A stretch of 64,000 nt of DNA from Octopus sinensis (Eukaryota): NCBI RefSeq assembly GCF_006345805.1, contig NC_043007.1, positions 3,534,001 through 3,598,000 on the forward strand, written 5' to 3'. Each line of letters begins with the position of its first letter. Position 1 is the stretch's first letter. The notes below the pieces were generated by a model that did not search any database, had not been told where the DNA came from, and saw nothing but the letters and a program-made list of their open reading frames with translations. Below, in pieces: positions 38,301 to 49,910 of the stretch. The translations under genes were made by a program, and so were the position numbers.

Positions 38301-39072
38301 TTCCGATGGGTTCAAATGGGGTTCAAACTGTTAAATAGTTAATATTTAGTTGCTCTGGTTCCTCTGCAAACGCACCCGAGTGGTTTTGCATAGGTTTGCT
38401 GCGAAAGCTTTCACTTAATGGTTATCAATCGCAGACGGTTATCCACAACCTTCAATGCGCTTTTCTATTCTACAAAAGTTTCGAAACCGATGCTGAAATC
38501 TATGTTCATTGAAAGTCTACTGAGCTGCTACTCTTCGCTGCTTTACTGCTTTACTGCTCTGCTGTTCCATCTTGAATCCATAAAACAAAAGAATTCCATT
38601 TTAGTTTTATTTTCTGTTTTTAATTTGACAACCAAGCTAAAATAATTAAACCCTGAAATCAAAACCATTAGCATAAATGTATCTTCAGAACAGCATATCG
38701 TATGTACATGGTTATATAAAAGTTTCTTCCCAAATAAGTATTTGCGGGCAATTTAACCTGGTCTTGTACATACGTGCGTATATATGTATATATGAGCGTT
38801 CGTATATGTAAGTATAACGTATGTTTTGTATATATATATATCTGTATTTATGTGTCTATTTGGTATATTCAAATGAAGAAGACAGAGCTTCTCTGAAGCA
38901 AAGCCAGAAATCCAGGATCTTGAATTATCCAGTAAAATCTTTTTTGATAGTTTATTTTGCCTCTCTGTTTTCTCTCCTGGCGTGATATGAACATTTAAGG
39001 TGATTTTAGGGTCAGGGTTTTGACTGCTATTTCAGCATATTGGTATCTCTCAGATGCCCTAATTTATAGTTT

Positions 39073-39141
<69 letters not shown>

Positions 39142-39340
39142 GCAAAAGGAGAAAAATTTCTTTGCCAATATGGTGAATATTATCTCCGCCTTAGCGAAGG
39201 CGGAGGCATTGTTTTCAGTCGTGTTTGTTTTATTTGTTTGTCCATGGACAAGAAATCTCAAGAACCACTGGATGGATTTGGATGAAACTTTCAGGGTGAG
39301 TCTATATGAATGCAAAATTTTAAAATATCTACGTCACGGA

Positions 39341-41013
39341 CATTTCATTTAATTTCATTTGGGTTTGAGTCCATGCTCAGGCCAAGTCAAAGACTCCACC
39401 CTCAGAGTCTGGTGTGGTTGCCAGGTTGTATTCTCTGCTTAATTTTGACATGTGTAGGAGCGAGTTTGTGTCAGTTTGTGCTCGTTGTGTATATCCTGGG
39501 AGATGGGGTTCATCTCTAATGATGCTTAAGTATCTATCCAGTTGCAATTTGAATGATTCCACACTGCATCCTGATAGATTTCTGACATGTACCGGAATGG
39601 AGTTGAACAGTTGTGCTCCTCGAACCAACAGACTTGATTCTCGCAGGGTTTTTGCTGCCTGGCCAGCCTTTTTGTTGATTGGTGGCAGCTGGCAGCGCCT
39701 TCCGTGGCGCAGTGAGTGGTAGGTTTTGATACCAAAGTTTGGCACCTTCTGCTCTATCATTTTCCAAATGTATGTAATTCGGTATCACTCAAATCTTCTT
39801 TCTATTGAGTACATCCTCAAGGTTTTGAGTCTTTGCCAATAGTCCAGGTCCCTCGTTTCTGAGAAGTATGAGGTAAAATTTCTTTGGAGCGATTCTATCT
39901 TAGATAGTTGGCCCTTTGTTGTTGGTGACCACAACTGAGAACAGTAGTCAATCCTCGGAAGTATCATACTGTTCCAGAGGGTTTTCATTGTTGAGGTATC
40001 TCTTGATTTGAAGGTGCGCAAGATCCACCCGCTGTACTTTCATGCAGTAAGACAGACTGAGTCAAGGTGTTCTCTGAATTTTAGCTTGGTTCCCATGTGG
40101 ATGCCTAAATCTTTCACATACTGTTTTTCCATTATTTGTTGTCCTGATGGGTTTCTGTAGTTTGTTGTATTTTTCAGATCTTGATCTGTTCCGTAGCGAA
40201 TTAGTTCAAACTTCTTATCATTGAACAACATGTTGGTTGTTTCCTGCCATTTATATATGGTGGTCAGGTCCTTTTGTAAGGCCTCTGTATCCACCTCGTC
40301 TTTGATTTGTCTCATGACCCTGGTGTCATCAGCAAAGGATGAGACGTTGCTGGTTGTATCTTCATCTATGTCAGAGATGAGGATGAGAAACAGGATTGGG
40401 CCGAGTACTGTACCCTGAGGAACACTGCTGGTCACAGGTGATGGTGTTGAATGGGTTCCATTCACAGTGACTGTTTGAGTTCTATTTGTAAGGAACTCGT
40501 GTATCCATGTATCAACTTTTCCTCCTACTCCTAGCTTTCGAAGTTTGTGACCCAGGATGCCATGATCTACCTTGTCAAATGCCTTGGCAAAGTCGAGGTA
40601 GATAACATCTGTGTTGTATCCATTCTCTAGATTTTCTAGGATTTGGTCATGGTGTGCCAGTAGTTGGGAAAGGCATGATCTACCTAACCTGAATCCATGC
40701 TGGTTGCAATTCATCAGATTGTTGGATTCCAGGAACTCAACCAGTTTTCCACGAACTATTCTTTCGAAGACCTTGATAATGTGTGATGTCAGTGAGATTG
40801 GTCGGTAGTTCTTTGGTTTTGATTTGCTGTCCCCTTTATGTATTGGAGTTATGTGTGCTTCTTTATATGTATTTGGTATTTTGCCATTCTCCATAGATTC
40901 CCTCCATATCATGTAAAGGGGTTTCGACAATTGTACCTTGCAGTTTTTAAGTATCATGGGATTGAAACCGTCAGGCCCCGCAGCCGAGTGCATGGAGAGC
41001 TTGTCTATGGCAT
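39341..41013 (-). mobile_element. 5'-truncated CR1-group LINE: RT domain, ORF2 C-terminus and 3' UTR
   Basis: The 317-aa ORF contains AAGPDG, NYRPISLTS, QHGFRLGRSC, IYLDFAKAFDKV, VPQGTVLGPILF and FADD. The same frame continues to 39377 through two TGA stops; (AAATG)-like tail at 39341-39360. Confidence 0.95.
40040..40993 (-). pseudogene. Reverse transcriptase ORF of the CR1-group LINE (no endonuclease or promoter; premature stop)
   Basis: Canonical non-LTR RT motifs 0-7; the element begins abruptly at AIDKLSMHS. Confidence 0.9.
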
Positions 41014-41366
41014 GAGGAAACGCTCATAACTCGAGGAATACGAAAAAACGTTAATGAGTACGGGTTATTTCCCCTTAATCGGGAAGTGGGGGGCTTTATT
41101 GACTCGGAGAGGCCTACCGAGCAAACTGGGAGATCCAATTTTCTAGTAAGTAGCGCTTAAAGTGGATACATTTAGAAAACACTTCTTTACGGCTGTTTAA
41201 TGGGCCACGCTTCTTAAAGACCTTAAGAATTTAGGTTCTCTCCACGATGCAGATCTTGCAACGGCCCCTTCCATTAGTGTACGGGCCCGGATGATCAATT
41301 GATTTCCACCTGACATCACTCTCTAGAGTGTGCTTCTTTCTGATATATGTTTTTTTATTAACTATA

Positions 41367-41436
<70 letters not shown>

Positions 41437-41440
<4 letters not shown>

Positions 41441-41559
41441 CGTGATCACCGTGACCGACCAGGCTATCAGATGTTGCTACACATCACTGGTCACAATGTG
41501 CTTCGCATTGTTTTAGCCTTTAAATGACGCCACCCCGCTGGCTAAGCGAGCAGGCCAAT
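41437..41559 (-). mobile_element. Isolated T3 tail (5'-truncated SINE E or 3' end of its partner LINE)
   Basis: Reverse complement of 31477-31599, abutting (TA)n as in the other copy. Confidence 0.8.
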
Positions 41560-41739
41560 ATATATATTTAGCGAGACACAAACTTTAATATATAGATGTG
41601 CTTCATGAGACCCAGACTACAACATGTTGATAAGAGTCCCACCTGTAAGGGACAGTAGCAGGGTGAGTCGAAACGATCGTTGTACAAAATAAAGATTAAT
41701 ACCAAATCCTTCTTCTCGTTACTTAAGAAATTATTATTA

Positions 41740-41790
<51 letters not shown>

Positions 41791-41930
41791 TATTATTATT
41801 ACATATATATACTGCATGCATACATATATGTATGTACATACATACATATTACATATCTATTTTTATTTTTATTATATATCAATTATATATTATATCATAT
41901 ATGTGTATGCTTGTGCGTGTTCGTCTGTAT

Positions 41931-41963
<33 letters not shown>

Positions 41964-43497
41964 ATTGCTTTTCTCTTTCCTTCCAAACCTATGCTTATAG
42001 CAGAAGGCCACTCGTTAAAATATAAACAAAAGCTGCGACAGTCACAGAACATCAGAACATCATTTACATAATTGCACAAGGATGACTGCCCGACAATAAT
42101 TACGAGATGACCAATGCAACGTTGCTTATGAATAAATAAATATGCAAACTCGTATCTAGATGCGTTTAGTGTCGTTACGAAATTATGCCCAGGAGAGCTT
42201 TTTCCGAAGCTTCTGGTAAAGTATACTTCCGCTTCTATCTTCGTTAATTTGGGAGAAAGAGCCGAACGAATTGTGATAAATTTTCAAATGACAACGAAAC
42301 CGATCGGTTTTGTTGCCCTTCTAAGCCAACCAGAAGGCCTTCGAGGGATAACTTTACAAAATAACTAAATACGTGTGGGTCTACATCTGCATATATATTT
42401 AGTCATTGCCAAGCCCACGTTTTATTTGAAATCTACTCATTAATATCAGACCATGGGTTTTGTGCCTTGATACAAATCAGCTATCAATTATTTAAGAGGA
42501 ATATTAGAATTATAAAAACCGTAGATGTTTATTCTGTTTTAAATATTAATATAGTCTCTTCCGTTTGCATATTTTTGAACGTGTATTTGATTGCATTCCA
42601 TTATTAAAGCATTACGTATTGTATCGAACTGAGAAGTTACCATAACAAGGATATACTGAGAAAACCCTTTTTCAGCCTTGCTAGCAAAACCAGTTTCTAC
42701 GTGTGTGTATTTGCGTGCGTTTGGCTCTCTGTCTCTCTCAGTTTCTCTCTCTCCTATTTATCTATCTATCTATCTATTTATCTATCTACGTCTCTTATCT
42801 ATCTATCTATCTCCTTCTATCCCTCTCCCTCACCTTCTATCTCTTTCCCTTTCTTTCTCCCTCTCCTATTTCTGCCCCTCTCCCGCGTGCGCTCTTTATG
42901 TGTGTGTGTGTGTGTGTGTGTGTGAAATTGGGCGGGTGTAGCAGTTTTAATATCGTGTAATTCACTCATCAAATTAGATAACAGTTTTTGAAAGAAACCC
43001 TCAACATCCCTGCTGTCAAGAGCATAGAATAACCCAAACTGGTTATAAATGGAACTGCTAAGCCAAAGAACATTTCCCCTCGCAGAAATCAGTAAAAAAC
43101 ATCAAAAACACGTATGTTTAGGATAAATCGATGCGTATTCTTCATTTTATAATTTGCTTTGCCTTTGGTGTATTTGACAGAAGTATTACCGAATTGACCA
43201 ATGGGAAACGATATGTAGACAGATGAGACTGAAACTGGCGCATGGGAAGTTGAACCAACGATTGCAATCAATAACAATGCCTTAATATTATAAGAACATT
43301 CAAAATCAATCAAAGAAAACAGCAGCCAGGGACAAAAGAACGAATCCTCTTACATATATGTATATGAATCGAAAGAAGATATTTGTATACTTTGCATTGG
43401 ATTGTGATTAAAATAATTCAACTTAAAGGAGGCATAATATACTCTAAACTACGAAACGAGTACTCTTTTCCTTTTTCTGACAAACTATATCCGCGCA

Positions 43498-43528
<31 letters not shown>

Positions 43529-43531
43529 TAT

Positions 43532-43758
43532 AAGGCGAGCTGACAGAAACGTTAGCACACCGGGCGAAATGCTTAGCGGTATTTCGTCTGCCGTTACGTT
43601 CTGAGTTCAAATTCCGCCGAGGTCGACTTTGCCTTTCATCCTTTCGGGGTCGATAAATCAAGTACCAGTTACGCACTGGGATCGATGTAATCTACTTAAT
43701 CCCTTTGTCTGTCCTTGTTTGTCCCCTCTGTGTTTAGCCCCTTGTGGGCAATAGAGAA

Positions 43759-43760
<2 letters not shown>
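43532..43760 (+). mobile_element. SINE family B monomer
   Basis: Near-consensus head, core and long tail. Confidence 0.9.
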
Positions 43761-43798
<38 letters not shown>

Positions 43799-45040
43799 GT
43801 TGCTATAGTACAGTATCAGTAGCGAAGTGTCTCGCTGTAAGCAGCGGAGTAACATCAGCAGTGCAGTGTTATCGATATTGTTTATTCGTTAGAATAAAGT
43901 AAACCAAAATTAAATGCAACAATTGTCCAACATGATAGAATATATCGTATTCTCTGATCAGCAAATAGAACACTTTACGTATATTCATAGTTTTGTGTGC
44001 CATCAACTCTAATATTTCAGGTGTTATCAATCTACAGACAATTCCTTGTCAAAAGAAAAATACACAGAATCTGGTTAAAACCTTTGAATCTAGTGAAAAT
44101 ATAACATTTTTTTTTTTGAATGCCAAAAGAAATGCTGTCTTATTTCCATACTTTATTGTCACTTGAAGATTCCAGCAAGCAAATATAACCAGACACGTTC
44201 TACCTGATATCATATTCTGTGCCAATTTCAAAATGCCTCCTTAATTTAATTTCAGATCCTGATAATCCATTTACAAATGTAAGGAGCCTTACTAGGATAC
44301 ACACACACACTACTTGTTTATTTTCAAAATGTCTTTCTCTCTTTCTGATACAGAGTGTCAACCAATATAATGCTTGTGAAACGGAATTCCATTTAACATG
44401 TGTTTTGTAATATCATCCGTAGTGAAGATAGGTTTTAACAGGAAATTCTTAGAAACGAGATTAAATTAGTGACGGGTAGGAAAGCAATTCGATCCGCTCG
44501 ACAAAAACACTAAATTTCGCTTTTCTCTGATTAAGAAATATAAATGCGATACGTCATTCACGCCTTGAGTTTTGTTATTTTTATTATTGATGTTGTTTGT
44601 GTTTTTTCTTCTTTTTATATTTTTTTCTTCGGTGGCGATTTCTTAGAACGGTTTATAAAATAATAGGTGGAGAAAAATGATAAGAAATGAAATTCTAAGA
44701 ACAAAATCAATAACTTCGTGATCTTTCCAAATGATAAATTATAGGATTCAGCCGCTAAAATTTTCGCTCTGCAAAACAAGGTGAGGTTAGTTGAGATTAG
44801 GAGACATAAAAATCAGAAAAACTAGTTTTTAATCTAATCAAAGAAATGTAAGATATCAAAATAAAATTCCATTAGCAGTGTTGTGTTGTTGTTGTTGTTG
44901 TTGTTGTAAGATGGAGAATCTGAGAAATAATGGTGCCTAGCACATAAACATGAGACTGGATTCACAAGGGAAATGAAAAGAAAATCTACATATTTATACC
45001 TTTTCTAAAAGCATTAGCGACGCAATGGTTACGGATACTA

Positions 45041-45872
45041 AGGCGGCAAGCTGGCAGAAACGTTAGCACGCCGGGCGAAATGCTTTGTGGTATTCCGTCC
45101 ACCGCTGCGTTCTGAGTTCAAATTCCGCCGAGGTCGACTTTGCCTTTCATCCTTTCCGGGTCGATAAATTAAGTACCAGTTACGCACTGGGGTCGATCTA
45201 ATCGACTTAATCCATTTGTCTGTCCTTGTTTGTCCCCTCTATGTTTAGCCCCTTGTGGGCAATTAAGAAATAAGAAAGGTTATCGCGCCGGGCGAAATGC
45301 TTAGTGATATTTCGTCTGCCGGTACGTTCTGAGTTCAAATTCCGCCGAGGTCGACTTTGCCTTTCATCCTTTCGGGGTCGATTAAATAAGTACCAGTTAC
45401 GCACTGGGGTCGATGTAATCGACTTAATCCGTTTGTTTGTCCTTGTTTGTCCCCTCTGTGTTTAGCCCCTTGTGGGTAGTAAAGAAATAGGTACTTCGTC
45501 TGCCGTAACGTTCTGAGTTCAAATTCCGCCGAGGTCGACTTTGCCTTTCATCCTTTCGGGGTCGATAAATTAAGTACCAGTTACGCATTGGGGTCGCTGT
45601 AATCAGCTTAATCTCTTTGTCTGTCCTTGTTTGTCCCCTCTGTGTGTAGCTCCCTGTGGGCAGGAAAGAAATAAGAAACGTTATCGCACCGGGCGAAATG
45701 CTTAGCAGTATTTCGTCTGCCGCTACGTTCTGAGTTCAAATTCCGCCGAGGTCAACTTTGCCTTTCACCCTTTCGGGGTCGATAAATTAAGTACCAGTTG
45801 CATACTGGGGTCGATCTAATCGACTGGCTCTTCCCCTAAAATTTCGGGCCTTGAGTCTAGAGTAGAAAAGAT
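45041..45872 (+). mobile_element. SINE family B head-to-tail tetramer with a single 15-bp TSD
   Basis: Units start at 45041, ~45279, ~45490 and ~45679; TGGTTACGGATACTA at 45026-45040 and 45873-45887. Confidence 0.9.
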
Positions 45873-46361
45873 TGGTTACGGATACTATGTAGATAAGCAC
45901 AAAATAGCAGGTTCCGTTCCTCTAGAAATCACCACCGCCCTCCCGGACCCTATTAAAATCTACAAAATAATGCGTAATTAGAGCATTGTTGGCTCGCGAG
46001 TCTCTGACTCATGGGTCTTGTATAAGTACGCAGCACAGTGGTGATGCCAAGTTACGGACTATCGAGTCTTGGCATCGTTGTCTAATACCTTAAATATATA
46101 TTAACAACCGGTCTTTAACTCACTCTCCATCCGTCTCTCTCTTTCTCTTTCTCTCTCTCGCTCTCTCGTTCTGTCCCTGTGTGTATATATATATATATAT
46201 ATAAATTAATCAAAGGACATGCTAAGTATGTCTACCTGCTGGAAATAACAGTCAAAACTCTTATTTAAATCGCCATAATAATGAGCTAATGATATCTTCG
46301 CAAATTATTTTTTCGTGAATTATTTACTCCGTATTGATATGTGTGTGTATGTGTGTGTATG

Positions 46362-46395
<34 letters not shown>

Positions 46396-47218
46396 TGTAT
46401 GTATGTATGTATGTATGTATGTATGTACGTACGTATGTATGTATGTATGTATGTATGTATGTGTGTATGTATGTATGTATGTATGTATGTATGTATGTAT
46501 GTATGTATGTATGTATGTATCGCTCACATACACATGTGTATGTGTATGAGTGTTTTTGAGCCAGCGTTTTGTATTATGAAATATCAAAATGTAAGTGTGT
46601 TTGTAAATACGGTGATGTTTATAGTTTATGAAAGAACTAAGGAGAGAGAAGCTAGCTTATAACAGAAATATCTGGAAATCGTTCTGACTAAATATTTCTA
46701 TAGTGACAAATGAATATTTTGTTTATTAACAGTCGCTCTGTTGAAGAGGGATTGTGTTGTAAAGTGATCATAATCTATGTTCGTTAATTTTTCCCATTCT
46801 TGCCTTCAATCAGGTATCACAATTTGTTTACAGTCACACACTTATGAAGAAGAAAATATTCGCTGTGCGTTTATTGGAAATGGTACATACCTTTCTGGTC
46901 GAAAGCCCTAAGATTCCTGCCCTGGAAAAGCCTTTTTAAGAACCGTACGTTGATGTCAGACGATGTTTCATCTTGTAACTATTTTATGTTGCCGAGTAGT
47001 TTAGTATGAAGCATGTTTAATAACCGAAAGGCACCTAAAGTACAATGTATCGACAAGCACTAAAGATCAGGTGAAGTTAACGTTTATTTCACATTAGTTG
47101 TTATGTTTGGAGCTGAAAACCCGTGAAATGGACTCCCAGACCTGTAAGAGATAACATTGTGCCTAGTCATCGAGAACTGAGATAGTAAAGTAAATAATTG
47201 TCTGAAATCAAAGATAAT

Positions 47219-47604
47219 TACTCTTTTACTCGTTTACTTGTTTCAGTCATTTGACTGCGGCCATGCTGGAGCACAGCCTTTAGTCGAACAAATCGACCTC
47301 AGGACTTATTCTTTGTAAGCCTAGCACTTATTCTATCGGTGTCTTTTTGCCGAACCGCTAAGTTACGGGGACGTGAACACACCAACACCGGTTGTCAAGC
47401 AAAAGTGGGAGGATAAACACAGACACACACTATATCTATATACATATATACGACAGGCGTTTTTCAGATTCCGTCTATCAAATCCACTCACAAGACTTTG
47501 GTCGACCCGAGGCTATAGTAGAAGACACTTGCCCAAGGTGCAACGCAATAGCGCTGAACCCGGAGCCATGTGGATGGTAAGCAAGCTACTTACCACACAG
47601 CCAC
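47219..47604 (-). mobile_element. SINE family A
   Basis: Reverse-complement copy. Confidence 0.85.
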
Positions 47605-48210
47605 GGTAGCATGTTTTCGTACAATATTATGAAGTGGTTATCAAAGAATACAAAAATCGTATCAAAAGAAATGTTTAAAATGGAGTCGGCAAACTTATTT
47701 TATAGAAACCTTTTATTTTCCTGCCATCATTATTGACTCTATTGGTCGAATTAATTCTGACTCGAATCTACAGGTCTAATAGGCTGGAGCTTATTCCTGT
47801 TTCCGTAAACTTTAAGCGACCAAGAGTGGAAGACTTTCCCCAAACGGGACGCCAGTCTGTCAGAGATAACTACGGTAAAGGAGGAATTCCAACCATGTTT
47901 CGTGGTTCGCTGCCTCAACAGCTCCTTTATAGGATCCAGTGGCTAAGGACATCCTCAGGGGGAACTACATCCGGTTTCGGCCCCTACACCTCTATCTCTT
48001 TCAACGTGGCGCTCCCCATCCTTCGGAGGTGTCTTTAGCTCTGGTGTTGAGTGCCTTTCTTTTTTTCTTTTTTTTTGGCCTTTTGTTCTTTGATTTCTTC
48101 GTTGCAGCGTCAACGAATGTCAGCGGACGAATGACCACTCTGCCAAATTTCCCTTCAAAGACACGCCGGCAGGCTCCAGCAGCCGGCACCAGCAGCCGGC
48201 ACCAGCTAAC

Positions 48211-48246
48211 TGTCACGTGACACAATCTAAACTTCAACTGACCAAT
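48211..48246. promoter_or_regulatory. Candidate E-box (TGTCACGTGACA) plus CCAAT box within a GC-rich island
   Basis: Perfect 12-bp palindrome at 48211-48222 and CCAAT at 48242-48246; motif match only. Confidence 0.25.
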
Positions 48247-49069
48247 GGAGAGGAAGGGTGCGTACTTTTTGCCCTGCGTCCTCTCTAGACCTACCTTCCA
48301 AAAGAGTCGTGTTGGCTTCAGTTCCAGCAGCCAGAGCCGACTAGCTGTCTGGTGGCAAAAGCCTTAGAACTGTCGGGGAGGAGGGCACGCAATGAACGAG
48401 ATGGTTCCCTTGCCCCACTTGTCAAGCAGCAATGCTGTTTAAGTGCCAGCCAGCTTCATCACTTAGCGATGCTATTTCTCAGTCGGCATGTTATGGCTTT
48501 CTCAAGAAAACAACGCCTCATTCAATCCGAGAATAGAAACCAGGATTTAACAACACAAAAACCACAGTTTCAGACATCCTCACTAAACGAGTAAAAATTT
48601 AAAAAAAAAGAACAAAGAGAATTTTAAGGCCCTTACGTCTTCCATGGGAATTAAAGGAATAATTGAAACGGCAACAATTGAGAATTGATTTTGTGATTCG
48701 GAGATTATTTGCTGTAAACTTATTTACCCACACAAAACACTTTCCAGCATTAAATAAGAAACGAGAATTTACAATTTTATGCATTCGTTTCATGAATGAA
48801 TTAACATCCAATTTAAAGGCGTTTAAAATTATTTGCTGTATTTACTTAATCTGTTTCTGTTGTTATGCACAACCAGTGAATAATGAAAATGGGATTTCTT
48901 TAAACGTCAAGAAGAAAATACTTTTTAATAAAAATAATAATTCAGAATTGCTTTGCTTTGTTTTGTTTTTTTCTTTGTTGTTTGTTCTTGTTTTGTGGGT
49001 TTTTTTTAATATGATTGGCCTGACTTCTTTTTTAACAAAGTATGTTGATAATGCTTTATACTTTAGGTA

Positions 49070-49454
49070 GTGGAGGCGCAATGGCCCAGTGGTTAAGGCA
49101 GCGGACTCGCGGTCATGGGATCGCGGTTTCGATTCCCAGACCGGGCGTTGCGAGTGTTTATTGAGCGAAAACACCTAAAAGCTCCACGAGGCTCCGACAG
49201 GGGATGGTGGTGATCCCTGCTGTACTCTTTCACCACAACTTTCTCTCACTCTTACTTCCTGTTTCTGTTGTACCTGTATTTCAAGGGGCCGGCCTTGTCA
49301 CTCTCTGTGTCACGCTGAATATCCCCGAGAACTACGTTAAGGGTGCACGTGTCTGTGGAGTGCTCAGCCACTTACACGTTAATTTCACGAGCAGGCTGTT
49401 CCGTTGATTCGGATCAACCGGAACCCTCATTGTCGTAACCGACGGAGTGCTTCA
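49070..49454 (+). mobile_element. SINE family E with the D-type tail and a 12-bp TSD
   Basis: ATACTTTAGGTA at 49058-49069 and 49455-49466; head as at 31311, tail as in family D. Confidence 0.9.
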
Positions 49455-49475
49455 ATACTTTAGGTACAAGGCCTA

Positions 49476-49706
49476 AAGGCGGCGAGCTGGCAGAATCGTT
49501 AGCTCGCCGGGCGAAATGCTTAGCGGTATTTCGTCTGCTGCTACGTTCTGAGTTCAAATTCCGCCGAGGTCGACTTTGCCCTTCATCCTTTCGGGATCGA
49601 TTAAATAAGTACCAGTTACGCACTGGGATCGATATAATCGACTTAATCCGTTTGTCTGTCCTTGTTTGTCCTCTCTGTGTTTAGCCCCTTGTGAGTAGTA
49701 AAGAAA
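49476..49706 (+). mobile_element. SINE family B monomer
   Basis: Near-consensus copy; diverged TSD TAGGTACA-G-CCT on both sides. Confidence 0.9.
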
Positions 49707-49734
49707 TAGGTACATGACCTGAAATATTGGTGAG

Positions 49735-49910
49735 AAGGGGGCTAGTCGATTACATCGACCCCACTATATGACTGGTACTTATTTTATCGACTGCGAAAGA
49801 ATAAAAGGTGAAGTCGACTTCAGTGGAAATGAAATTCCGAACGTAATAACGAACAAAATGCTGCAAGACTATTTCATCCGGCGTGTTAACGGTTCGGCCA
49901 GCTCGCCGCC
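49735..49910 (-). mobile_element. SINE family B, old inverted copy
   Basis: Reverse-complement core GTCGATTACATCGACCCC…CTGGTACTTATTTTATCGAC and head CCAGCTCGCCGCC. Confidence 0.75.

Larger units (their letters stand above)
39178..41146 (+). mobile_element. Helentron/HINE-like non-autonomous element split by the CR1 LINE (parts ~39178-39340 and ~41016-41146)
   Basis: 5' hairpin CTCCGCCTT-AGCG-AAGGCGGAG followed by …GGATGGATTTGGATGAAACTTTCAGG, typical of such elements as recalled; the right part ends …TTTTCTAG|T; GGA is present at both LINE boundaries. Confidence 0.45.

Noticed and set aside
45041-45872. CRISPR-like repeat-spacer pattern
   Set aside because: The units are ~190-240-bp SINE bodies with a retroposition TSD and no unique spacers.
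49070-49150. tRNA gene (also at 1631, 27277 and 31311)
   Set aside because: A and B boxes are present, but there is no acceptor-stem pairing and the sequence continues into SINE body; these are tRNA-derived heads.
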